Of a DNA stretch of 64,000 nucleotides, positions 56,629 through 64,000 are shown in pieces (position 1 is the first letter of the stretch; each line of letters begins with the position of its first letter). The position numbers and the translations under genes were made by a program. Origin of the DNA: a bacterium (GTDB taxonomy: Bacteria > Patescibacteriota > JABMPQ01 > JAUVWW01); NCBI GenBank assembly GCA_030603885.1, contig JAUVWW010000002.1:21991-85990 (forward strand). Direction: 5' to 3'. The notes under the pieces are model-generated. The model saw only the letters and a list, made by a program, of their open reading frames with translations. It ran no database searches and was not told the DNA's origin.

Positions 56629-57606
56629 ATGGCAAAAATAATTCAAGAGCAAAAAATTTATGAGTCTTTTGAATATGATAGCGAATCGGAATTTGAGAAA
56701 GATATTATAAGATATGCAAAACATATATTTGGTAGTAATGCAGTTTATTTCGACGTCAAAAAAAGAATTAGTAAAGGAAGTGTCATTACTATACCCGATG
56801 GTTATTTAATTGATTTTTCTTTTGCGCATGATCCGAAGTTATACATTATAGAAAACGAGTTAGTAATACACGATCCCTATAAACATATCGGGCAGCAATT
56901 ATTAAGATTCGCAGTTTCTTATAGAAGTGCCGGTCACGAAATTAAAAATTTTTTACTGGAAAAAATTTCAGAGGATGGAGATAAAAAGAAAAATTTAGAT
57001 AGATACCTACAACAGTCTAAATATAGAAACATCGATGACTTATTAGAAGATATTATTTTTAATAAGCCTATTGGAATTATAGTGATAATTGACGAAATCA
57101 CCGATGACCTTTCCAATGTTCTTAGTCAATTAACTGTAAAAACTGATATTATTGAATTTAAAAAATATATTAGCCAAGGTGATCCTTTGGATAGTATTTA
57201 CCAATTTACCCCCTTTCAACAAGACGTTAGAGCTCCAGGCAAAAAAATTGATTTAGAAAAACTCGATACGATAGTAGTTCCTGCCAATGAAGAAGGCTTT
57301 AAAAATGTGTTTTTAGGCAAGAATTGCTGGTATGCTATAAGAATTTCAAGTGTGATGTTAGACAAAATTAAGTATATAGCGGGTTATCAAACAGCCCCTG
57401 TCTCTGCTATTACTCATGTTGCTGAAGTAGAAAAAATAGAAAAATACAAAAATACAGATAAATATATAGTTTACTTTAGGGATAAAGCAAAAAAGATTAA
57501 ACCGATAAAACTTGTTTCGAAAAGTCTAATAAAAGCACCTCAGTCAGCAAGATATGCTAATTATGAACAGTTGATAAAAGCAAAGAATCTTGATGAGGTT
57601 TTTTAG
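56629..57606 (+). CDS. hypothetical protein (325 aa), part of the MTase-DGQHR locus
   Basis: Complete ORF preceded by the recurrent CTAGAAAATTTAATTGAG motif. IPDGYLIDF...IIENELV hints weakly at a nuclease-like core. Confidence 0.5.
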   Translation: MAKIIQEQKIYESFEYDSESEFEKDIIRYAKHIFGSNAVYFDVKKRISKGSVITIPDGYLIDFSFAHDPKLYIIENELVIHDPYKHIGQQLLRFAVSYRSAGHEIKNFLLEKISEDGDKKKNLDRYLQQSKYRNIDDLLEDIIFNKPIGIIVIIDEITDDLSNVLSQLTVKTDIIEFKKYISQGDPLDSIYQFTPFQQDVRAPGKKIDLEKLDTIVVPANEEGFKNVFLGKNCWYAIRISSVMLDKIKYIAGYQTAPVSAITHVAEVEKIEKYKNTDKYIVYFRDKAKKIKPIKLVSKSLIKAPQSARYANYEQLIKAKNLDEVF

Positions 57607-57657
57607 TGTCAAACGGAATTAAGGCCGAATATGAATAAAGAAAAACAACTGCAAAAA

Positions 57658-57680
57658 CTAGAAAATTTAATTGAGAAAAA
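57658..57680 (+). promoter_or_regulatory. recurrent motif CTAGAAAATTTAATTGAGAAAAA (copy B)
   Basis: As copy A. It lies inside a 17-codon mini-ORF MNKEKQLQKLENLIEKN. Confidence 0.5.
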
Positions 57681-57717
57681 TTAATAGATAAAATTTAGAG
57701 ACAATTGCTTAATAATT

Positions 57718-58593
57718 ATGGCTTTATTAAATAGATTACATCTTAATGCTTTAGCTTCTGTAGAGATAGAAAATGGCAATAGATTCGACTCAATTGCCAC
57801 TGGTTTTCTTATTGGATTTATATTAAAGAATAATAAAGATCCTAAGAAAAGATTATACAATATTTTCTTAATCACCAATAGACATGTTTTTAGTGGTCGG
57901 CAGAAGATATTTTTACGATTTAATAAAAAAGATGGTAAAGCTGTCAGATTCCCGGTCAACTTGATAGTTAATAAGCAGACAACATGGCTTGCACATAAAA
58001 ATAAGAAAGTAGATCTAGCTTTATTAACAATTTCCCCACAAGTTTTGAATACTCATAATGTTGAATGGCTATTTTTCAATGAAGAGATGCTTGCTTATCC
58101 TAAAAAATTTCAAGAGATTGGAATTGAATTAGGTGACGAGGTATTCATTTTGGGATTTCCTCTTGGCCTTTCGGGTAAGCTACAAAATTTTCCTGTTGTA
58201 AGATCAGGAATTATTGCCAGGTGCGACAGAGAAATCTTGAGGGATAAAAAAGCATTTGTCATCGATGCCTCTATTTTTCCTGGTAATAGTGGGGGACCCA
58301 TCCTGCTTAAGCCAGAACTGGCAAGTTTAAAAGGAACTAAAGCAGTAAATTCAATATATCTGCTCGGAGTTGTGTCTGGATATTTACCATATAAAGAGAT
58401 TCTTTACAGTCATCAATCTAAACCACCATCTTATGCTGGTGTTTCCATTGAAAACTCTGGCTTAGCTTTTGCTGTTTCTATGAATTTTGCTAAGCAGATT
58501 TATAACAAATGGATAGCAATCAAAAAGCAACTTGCTAAAGTTCAAAAGGGTACTGAAAGAATAGTTCAGAAACAAGTGCAAACATTAGATTAA
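57718..58593 (+). CDS. trypsin-like (chymotrypsin-fold) serine peptidase domain protein
   Basis: Catalytic-triad candidates TNRHVF (His), KKVDLALL (Asp) and FPGNSGGPIL (Ser, in the GDSGGP-like box). Confidence 0.6.
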   Translation: MALLNRLHLNALASVEIENGNRFDSIATGFLIGFILKNNKDPKKRLYNIFLITNRHVFSGRQKIFLRFNKKDGKAVRFPVNLIVNKQTTWLAHKNKKVDLALLTISPQVLNTHNVEWLFFNEEMLAYPKKFQEIGIELGDEVFILGFPLGLSGKLQNFPVVRSGIIARCDREILRDKKAFVIDASIFPGNSGGPILLKPELASLKGTKAVNSIYLLGVVSGYLPYKEILYSHQSKPPSYAGVSIENSGLAFAVSMNFAKQIYNKWIAIKKQLAKVQKGTERIVQKQVQTLD

Positions 58594-58679
58594 TGAAATC
58601 TAATCGCTCAACAAAAAATCTCCACTTTAATTCGAGAATCTTTTAAACTTCACAAAAATCAAGAGAATTAATTGAGGAA

Positions 58680-58705
58680 GCGAAGAGGGAAGTAGAAAAT
58701 TTAAT
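58680..58705 (+). promoter_or_regulatory. recurrent motif GCGAAGAGGGAAGTAGAAAATTTAAT (copy C, extended 5' box shared with copy E)
   Basis: 26-nt identity with 59560-59585. Confidence 0.5.
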
Positions 58706-58785
58706 CCTGCACCACATAGGGTGTAGAGCAGTTTGAGAAAGGAGGCAGAAGAAAATTCAAAATTAAAAAGTAAAAATGTAAAATT

Positions 58786-59013
58786 ATGTGTAAAGAAAAG
58801 ACTCAAGAAGAATTAAAGAAAGAAGTTAATAAAATTGTTAATGAACCAGACAGAGCCAGAGCAGAGCTTACATATCAACAAATTTTAGCTATTAGAAAAT
58901 TCAACAAACAGACTTTGCGTTATTCTAGAATACTGATTTGGCTTACAGGAATTATGACTGTAGCTGTATTAATTCAGATTGTAATAATGATGGTTTTATA
59001 CAAATGTGAGTAG
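58786..59013 (+). CDS. hypothetical small membrane protein (75 aa, C-terminal TM)
   Basis: ORF with TM helix ILIWLTGIMTVAVLIQIVIMMVL. Confidence 0.4.
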   Translation: MCKEKTQEELKKEVNKIVNEPDRARAELTYQQILAIRKFNKQTLRYSRILIWLTGIMTVAVLIQIVIMMVLYKCE

Positions 59014-59033
59014 AAAATTTAATTGAGAAAAAT
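59010..59033 (+). promoter_or_regulatory. recurrent motif GTAGAAAATTTAATTGAGAAAAA (copy D; the stop codon of the upstream ORF is the TAG inside the motif)
   Basis: As above. Confidence 0.5.
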
Positions 59034-59068
59034 TACTAAAATTTAGCCAGAGGTTAAGAGAAGTTAAT

Positions 59069-59473
59069 ATGAACAATAAAGATTTTGAAATTATAGATAT
59101 AAGGAATAAAATTATTTTTTCTCATAGAAAATTACTATTAACCATTTTGACTATTACTAATACAATAGCCCTTATAGGCGTTCCTAATATTAAAGAATCC
59201 TGGATAAGATATGAAATTCTTTTAAGGTTCACTTTTATTCTTTTCGTTATAGATACCATTATTGTTATTTGGTATTTATTAATGCTAATCAAGAAAGATT
59301 TAGAATATACAGATGAAATGAGAAATGCTTTAAGGCTAGGAAAATTGCAAGAGAAATACAGTGAAATAGATAAAAAACAAGAAAGAAATGAACATTATAC
59401 AGAAATAATTCTCTCTGTATTTTCCCTGGCAATGGTTTTACTTATTATTGCAATTTTTCCAAAATGTTATTAA
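59069..59473 (+). CDS. hypothetical membrane protein (134 aa, 3 TM)
   Basis: ORF and hydrophobicity. Confidence 0.4.
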   Translation: MNNKDFEIIDIRNKIIFSHRKLLLTILTITNTIALIGVPNIKESWIRYEILLRFTFILFVIDTIIVIWYLLMLIKKDLEYTDEMRNALRLGKLQEKYSEIDKKQERNEHYTEIILSVFSLAMVLLIIAIFPKCY

Positions 59474-59559
59474 AGAATGTTTAGTTTGAGCTAAAATCGC
59501 TAATTTAATTCGCCAATCCCACCATGCTCGCAAAAAAAGCAAAGGGATTATTGGAAGAG

Positions 59560-59593
59560 GCGAAGAGGGAAGTAGAAAATTTAATTGAGAAAT
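59560..59593 (+). promoter_or_regulatory. recurrent motif, extended copy E
   Basis: As above. Confidence 0.5.
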
Positions 59594-59635
59594 AATAATC
59601 TCTAAAATTTATAATCAAAAAATAATTTAAATATT

Positions 59636-59797
59636 ATGTCTAATACAAAAAAGAGAAAAAAGAAAGAACCAGCACCTTGGAAGCCTGTTAATCTAGAAGA
59701 ATTTAACAAGAATACCAAGGTTATTTCAGAAATGTTTAAGTCGGATCCTAAAAGACTGAACGAGTCTCAGAATAATAATGACGATAATACTGAATAA
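59636..59797 (+). CDS. hypothetical small protein (53 aa; basic N-terminus, acidic C-terminus)
   Basis: Open frame found by hand, preceded by the motif GTAGAAAATTTAATTGAG and TAAAATTTA. Not in the ORF track (<60 aa). Confidence 0.3.
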   Translation: MSNTKKRKKKEPAPWKPVNLEEFNKNTKVISEMFKSDPKRLNESQNNNDDNTE

Positions 59798-59802
59798 TTA
59801 AT

Positions 59803-60363
59803 ATGTCTCAAGCTATTTCTATTGAGAAAAACTGGATTATATTTGATACATGCACTGTTTCTAAAATATCAATTATTGGTAATGCTACTTCAATAATAGA
59901 ATCTATCTCAAATCAAATTGGTCCATTTACAGCAGTTATTACCCCATTGGTTCGTTTTGAATTTTTGAGAAAAGCAAATTCTAAGAGTGAGTTCGAGAAA
60001 TTTCGAGATTACCTAACCAAAACTTACACAGAAATAGATCTAGTTTCAAAAGAAGATCGTTATGATATCCATCGTTTATCTTCTGAACTCGCGTGTGTTT
60101 GTAGGTATGCAATCCCCAATCATTATAAACATATTGACATGACAGACTTCATACATGGTGGATTATTACGAAGATATCCTAGAAATCTTTTTTTATTAAC
60201 GTTTGATATAAATGATTTTCCTGATCCAATATTTGAACTATTACATCACGAAAGTATCAAGATAAATAAAAATTTAGAAATATGGGCATTATATAAATTT
60301 AACAAAGGAGGATTTGATAATTTATACAATAAATTCAAAAAGAGAAGTAGAAAATTTAATTGA
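59803..60363 (+). CDS. hypothetical protein (186 aa; N-terminal IIFDTCTV could be PIN-like)
   Basis: ORF. Weak motif resemblance only. Confidence 0.4.
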   Translation: MSQAISIEKNWIIFDTCTVSKISIIGNATSIIESISNQIGPFTAVITPLVRFEFLRKANSKSEFEKFRDYLTKTYTEIDLVSKEDRYDIHRLSSELACVCRYAIPNHYKHIDMTDFIHGGLLRRYPRNLFLLTFDINDFPDPIFELLHHESIKINKNLEIWALYKFNKGGFDNLYNKFKKRSRKFN

Positions 60364-60369
60364 GAAAAA
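60347..60369 (+). promoter_or_regulatory. recurrent motif GTAGAAAATTTAATTGAGAAAAAA (copy F; encodes the C-terminal ..SRKFN* of the upstream ORF)
   Basis: As above. Confidence 0.5.
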
Positions 60370-60909
60370 ATGACAGAAGCTGAATTTACTAAAAAGGTTT
60401 TAAATTTCTTTCAGAAAAAACTTAAAAGGAGTGGTCTCCCTATTAAAGTTGAGAGCTGCAACTATATTCTCCGCGATTTTACATTCTCTAGAGATAAAAA
60501 GGGTAAATGGCAGCTTCTTTGTGGAACCCAGGAGCAAGATATAATCTTCTATAAGGATATTATTTCAAGAAAGGATTTTCTCGGGGAGATTGGGAAAACA
60601 AGTGGTGCTGGACTTAGAAAGGATTTAATTATTCCACTCGCATTGTGCGAGCTTAAGGTCGGGACTTTAAATACTCATGGTATGATCGTGGCTGACAAGA
60701 TTGCCCAGGATGTAAAATCTATTTTTCCCCATTGCATTTCTCTTTTTATTGTTTTATCAGATATAAAAAGAAAACTTGGACCAGAGACAGTTCTAAGACA
60801 AGCAAAGAGCTTTAACGGAGTTTATCTTGAGTGGGAGAAGGAAAAGGAGGCAATCTGGAAAGAGTTAAGAAAACATTTTGAATATTGTAAAAAGAGAAAA
60901 GTTATTTAA
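60370..60909 (+). CDS. hypothetical protein (179 aa; possible PD-(D/E)xK-like D..ELK core)
   Basis: ORF. QDIIFYKD ... LALCELKVG is suggestive, not diagnostic. Confidence 0.4.
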   Translation: MTEAEFTKKVLNFFQKKLKRSGLPIKVESCNYILRDFTFSRDKKGKWQLLCGTQEQDIIFYKDIISRKDFLGEIGKTSGAGLRKDLIIPLALCELKVGTLNTHGMIVADKIAQDVKSIFPHCISLFIVLSDIKRKLGPETVLRQAKSFNGVYLEWEKEKEAIWKELRKHFEYCKKRKVI

Positions 60910-61020
60910 ACTTTAAAAGATAGTAAATAAAATCATCTTTAAAAGAGACTGTCCCCTTTTTCTCTTAAACAAATTAAAACAATCAATTTTAGCTAAGGCA
61001 TTTAAAGGAGAATTAGTAAA

Positions 61021-61533
61021 ATGAAAAATTTTACTCAACAACAAATTTTAGAATTAGCTAAAAAATATTCTCACGAAACTAAAGATGAGCCGATAGAGAG
61101 AGAAATTAAAAAATGGTTAAAAAGTCATAGATACTTAGATAAGGATAGATTTATTAGATTGTGTTTGTGGAAATCTGCTAGACAGCGAAAAAATTACGAA
61201 AAAAATGATGATTTAACAATAAGAGAGATAACAAGATTTTCGTTCTTGACTAAAAGTGAAAGGGCAAGGATAGAATCATTACAGATTTTAGATGGTGTTT
61301 CTTATCCTGTGGCCTCGACTATTTTACATTTTGCTTTTCCAGACAAATATCCAATTATGGACTTTAGAGTAATTTGGTCGTTGGGATGGAAGCAACCAAA
61401 ATATTATAATTTTGATTTTTGGCAGAAATACGTTAATAAATTAAGAAAACTTGCAAAAAAATACAAAGTTTCTTTAAGAGAATTAGATAAAGCCCTTTGG
61501 TATTATTCAAAAGAGAATCAAAAAAATAATTAA
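61021..61533 (+). CDS. hypothetical protein (170 aa; possible helix-hairpin-helix segment)
   Basis: ORF. LQILDGVSYPVASTILHFAFPDKYPIMD resembles an HhH motif. Confidence 0.4.
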   Translation: MKNFTQQQILELAKKYSHETKDEPIEREIKKWLKSHRYLDKDRFIRLCLWKSARQRKNYEKNDDLTIREITRFSFLTKSERARIESLQILDGVSYPVASTILHFAFPDKYPIMDFRVIWSLGWKQPKYYNFDFWQKYVNKLRKLAKKYKVSLRELDKALWYYSKENQKNN

Positions 61534-61584
61534 AATTTAACCCTAAGTTGAGAGATAACCCACGCCCACCATCCGAAAGAAAAT

Positions 61585-62133
61585 TTGGCCAAACCGAAAA
61601 TCAAGATCAAACAAACTAACCCCATGAAATACATTGCCATCAGCGGAAGCTGGAGAAAAATGAATAGTCAGTTAGAAAAAGATGTCAGAGATCATGTTCG
61701 AGAAATTATTTCTCGTGGAGATGGTATTGTTTCTGGCGGAGCTTTGAATGTTGATTATATTGCTACTGATGAAGCATTAAAACTAGATCCATCTGCCAAA
61801 AGAATAAAAATCTTTCTTCCAGCCACTTTAGAAATTTTTTCTGCTCATTATCGAAAACGGGCTCGAGAAGGAGTGATTACCAAAGAACAAGCTGAAAGCC
61901 TTATTGCTCAACTAAATAAAGTAGGTCAATTAAATCCCTCCTCGATTATTGAGAATAAAAATAATAAAGTTTTAGACAAAGAGACATATTATGAAAGAAA
62001 TTCAGCTGTTATAGAAGCAGCCGATGAATTAATAGCCTTTCATGTTAATAAAAGCCTTGGTACTAAAGATGCCATTGAAAAGGCTCATAAAAAAGGCATT
62101 CCAGTAAAAACTTTTAGTTATACTATTGAATAA
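61585..62133 (+). CDS. hypothetical Rossmann-like protein (possible SLOG/DprA-LOG-like)
   Basis: YIAISGSW ... GDGIVSGGALNVDYIATDEAL ... IAFHVNKSLGTKDAIEKAHKKGIPV pattern. Weak. Confidence 0.35.
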   Translation: MAKPKIKIKQTNPMKYIAISGSWRKMNSQLEKDVRDHVREIISRGDGIVSGGALNVDYIATDEALKLDPSAKRIKIFLPATLEIFSAHYRKRAREGVITKEQAESLIAQLNKVGQLNPSSIIENKNNKVLDKETYYERNSAVIEAADELIAFHVNKSLGTKDAIEKAHKKGIPVKTFSYTIE

Positions 62134-62183
62134 GCAAGATTTAGCCTGAGGTTGAGGAAAATTTAATAATTAATTAAAAAAAC

Positions 62184-62381
62184 ATGGAAGAGCAAAAAGA
62201 AGAAAATTTAATTAAGAAAAGAAGTAAATTAGTTATTTTTGGCCTTATTCTTATTGGTATTATTTTTATTATGCTTTGCTTAAAAGCTTTAAGTAATGAA
62301 GACGATTGGATTTGCCAAGATGGCCAGTGGGTAAAACATGGCTATCCCAGCGCCCCAAAACCCACCACCCCTTGTAAATAG
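62184..62381 (+). CDS. hypothetical small membrane protein (65 aa)
   Basis: ORF with one TM helix and a C-terminal Cys pair. Confidence 0.35.
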   Translation: MEEQKEENLIKKRSKLVIFGLILIGIIFIMLCLKALSNEDDWICQDGQWVKHGYPSAPKPTTPCK

Positions 62382-62479
62382 ATTTAACTACAGTTGGGTT
62401 ATTCTTAAATTCTTGAGAATATTGGAATAGTTAGAAACTTTAGATAAAGAGATTATAGCTTACCTAATGAAATTAAATT

Positions 62480-63103
62480 ATGAAAGACAAAAGCACATTA
62501 GGTTGCTTAATTGGGCTAATTATTATTGTTTTAATCATAGCTGGCTTAATTGGGCTTTATGTTTGGAAAGGACCACCAGCTAGTTTAACAGCTAAACAAG
62601 CTTACCAAAAAGCCTTAGAATATATTAAAACTCAAGATGAAACTTTTTTAGCCTCTTTAGCTGAAGGCTATATACCAGAAAGTGTTGGTCGAGTTTCTGA
62701 TCTTGAAAAAACAGGAAAAGGAATAGGCTGGTATCTTTGTTTTTATTCAAAAAAAGAAGATAAGTGGATTAAACTTTCTACAAGCTGGAAAGGAGAAATA
62801 GAAGAGACAGATACTTCTTTATATTCCTGTACTAGCAAAGATAAAATAGATTCTGAAAAATGGAAGATTGACAGTGAGCAGGCAATTGACATCGCCAAAA
62901 ACAAGGCTGAAGAAGAAGGCAAAAAAAGATTTGTTCCTATTAAGATAGAACTTTATCAATCAGAAGAAAAGCCAACTTGGTCGGTTATATTTTTCCCTCC
63001 CAATGTAGGCAAAGACACAGTTGGTTTTAGTGTCACTATTAATGGAGAAACAGGGGAGGTTATAAGGACAGGGGAGCCTGGCTACCATTATTTAGTTATT
63101 TGA
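62480..63103 (+). CDS. membrane-anchored protein with PepSY-like C-terminal domain
   Basis: N-terminal TM helix. C-terminal ...SEQAIDIAKNKAEEEG...FSVTINGETGEVI resembles a PepSY domain. Confidence 0.4.
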   Translation: MKDKSTLGCLIGLIIIVLIIAGLIGLYVWKGPPASLTAKQAYQKALEYIKTQDETFLASLAEGYIPESVGRVSDLEKTGKGIGWYLCFYSKKEDKWIKLSTSWKGEIEETDTSLYSCTSKDKIDSEKWKIDSEQAIDIAKNKAEEEGKKRFVPIKIELYQSEEKPTWSVIFFPPNVGKDTVGFSVTINGETGEVIRTGEPGYHYLVI

Positions 63104-63113
63104 TTATAATTCT

Positions 63114-64000
63114 ATGAAGAAATTTTTTGTTGTATTGATCATCGTTATTATTCTAGGCAGCCTAATTTTTGTGGCCTGGAAATTTTGGTTTAAAAAAGAA
63201 AGTATCTCAACCGGGAAAGTTCTATCTATACCCCAAGAAATTCTTAAAAATAAGTTTGGCTTTCTTTCTGGAGCTCCTGATGATGTTAAAATGATAAAAG
63301 GTTCTGGGGCTCTTTGGGCCAGGCCTCATGTTGGACCTTTTTTGTGGGATGCTATGCAAAGTAAAAAAACAGAAGAGATTTTTTTTAATAAGACTGACTG
63401 GGCAGTAAAAAGATATCAAAAAGGAAAAATTGGCATCTTGGCTACTTTATGGCCCTTTGCTGATTGGGACCAGAAGATGAGAACTGACTATTCAGAGTGC
63501 GAAGTGAGTAGCCTTGATGAATTTTTACCAGAACCCCGCCTAGAGAAAAAAGGAGATTATTTGCCTAAATATCGATGCAATCCTCATGATTGGCCAGCTT
63601 ATAAAAAATGGGTTATGGCCGTGGTTGAGCGTTATGATGGAGATGGTAAATTGGATATGCCAGGTCTAGAAATTCCCATCAAGTATTGGGAAGTGATGAA
63701 TGAACCAGATTTAGTTGGGCCAGAAGATTTTGAAGAAAGTAGGCTAGAGTTTTATAGGGAAGATCCTCAGGCTTATGCCAAGCTTCTTATTCAGACTTAT
63801 CAAGCTATCAAAGAGGCTGACCCAGAAGCTTTTGTTCTTATTGCTGGAGCAGCTGGTGGAGGCGGTTGGTCTCTAGACTTTTACCGAGAGGTCTTTAAAA
63901 ATTCAGACACTCAAGATGCCTTTGACATTGCCAATGTTCATTGTATCTCCAATGACGATTATCAGTCTTTTAATGTGGAGCCATATCAAGAAATGCTTGA
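63114..64000 (+). CDS. membrane-anchored glycoside-hydrolase-like protein (partial, continues beyond window)
   Basis: ATG at 63114 with the frame open to the window end. N-terminal TM helix. ..YWEVMNEPDL.. resembles the GH5-type NEP catalytic acid box. Not in the ORF track because it has no stop in the window. Confidence 0.45.
   Translation, partial: MKKFFVVLIIVIILGSLIFVAWKFWFKKESISTGKVLSIPQEILKNKFGFLSGAPDDVKMIKGSGALWARPHVGPFLWDAMQSKKTEEIFFNKTDWAVKRYQKGKIGILATLWPFADWDQKMRTDYSECEVSSLDEFLPEPRLEKKGDYLPKYRCNPHDWPAYKKWVMAVVERYDGDGKLDMPGLEIPIKYWEVMNEPDLVGPEDFEESRLEFYREDPQAYAKLLIQTYQAIKEADPEAFVLIAGAAGGGGWSLDFYREVFKNSDTQDAFDIANVHCISNDDYQSFNVEPYQEML

Noticed and set aside
1-64000. CRISPR arrays, rRNA genes, integrase/transposase genes
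   Set aside because: I found no regularly spaced direct repeats, no rRNA-like conserved blocks and no recombinase signatures (tyrosine-recombinase R..H..R..Y or DDE) in any frame. The accessory regions therefore lack an identifiable mobility gene within this window.

Overview
This is an AT-rich (~35% GC) bacterial fragment with short intergenic spacers and many 4-nt start/stop overlaps. The gene content (tiny genome-style operons, dodecin, surface proteins with repeated beta-domains, many small basic proteins) fits a Patescibacteria/CPR-like organism; that placement is inference only. About 45 kb is core housekeeping. I see no CRISPR array, rRNA, integrase or transposase. The core set, all on the + strand, includes pyk, a P-loop kinase, a Nudix hydrolase and ppsA in one operon; tRNA-Ser; dnaG-rpoD; tRNA-Asn; an ABC transporter; argS, ileS, recO, tgt, glyQS, metG, tatD, leuS, glmS, rsmI; an M16 peptidase; and an AI-2E transporter. 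On the - strand lie rplT, rpmI, infC, a tmRNA (ssrA) and smpB. Two regions look accessory. The first, 20.56-24.35 kb, holds a duplicated sigma70-type promoter module, a degraded tRNA-like relic, a MORN-variant-repeat lipoprotein, GC-rich hypothetical genes and a YerC/TrpR-like regulator. The second, 53.2-63.1 kb, holds a wHTH-nucleotidyltransferase and a beta-class DNA methyltransferase translationally coupled to a DGQHR (DndB-like) protein that carries an extra N-terminal domain. These are followed by an uncharacterized 325-aa protein, a trypsin-like protease and a string of small unknown genes, most preceded by the same ~23-nt motif. The methyltransferase + extended-DGQHR module has none of the dnd/ssp sulfur-transfer partners in the window and is my best candidate for an undescribed modification/defence-type system. 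Other oddities are listed in the findings: a 50-bp terminator-containing direct repeat bracketing the ABC transporter next to tRNA-Asn; a GC-rich palindromic in-frame insertion in tgt; a GC-rich structured intergenic element at 52.4 kb; a lysine/arginine-rich N-terminal tail on RpoD; and degenerate HIGH motifs in ArgRS and IleRS.
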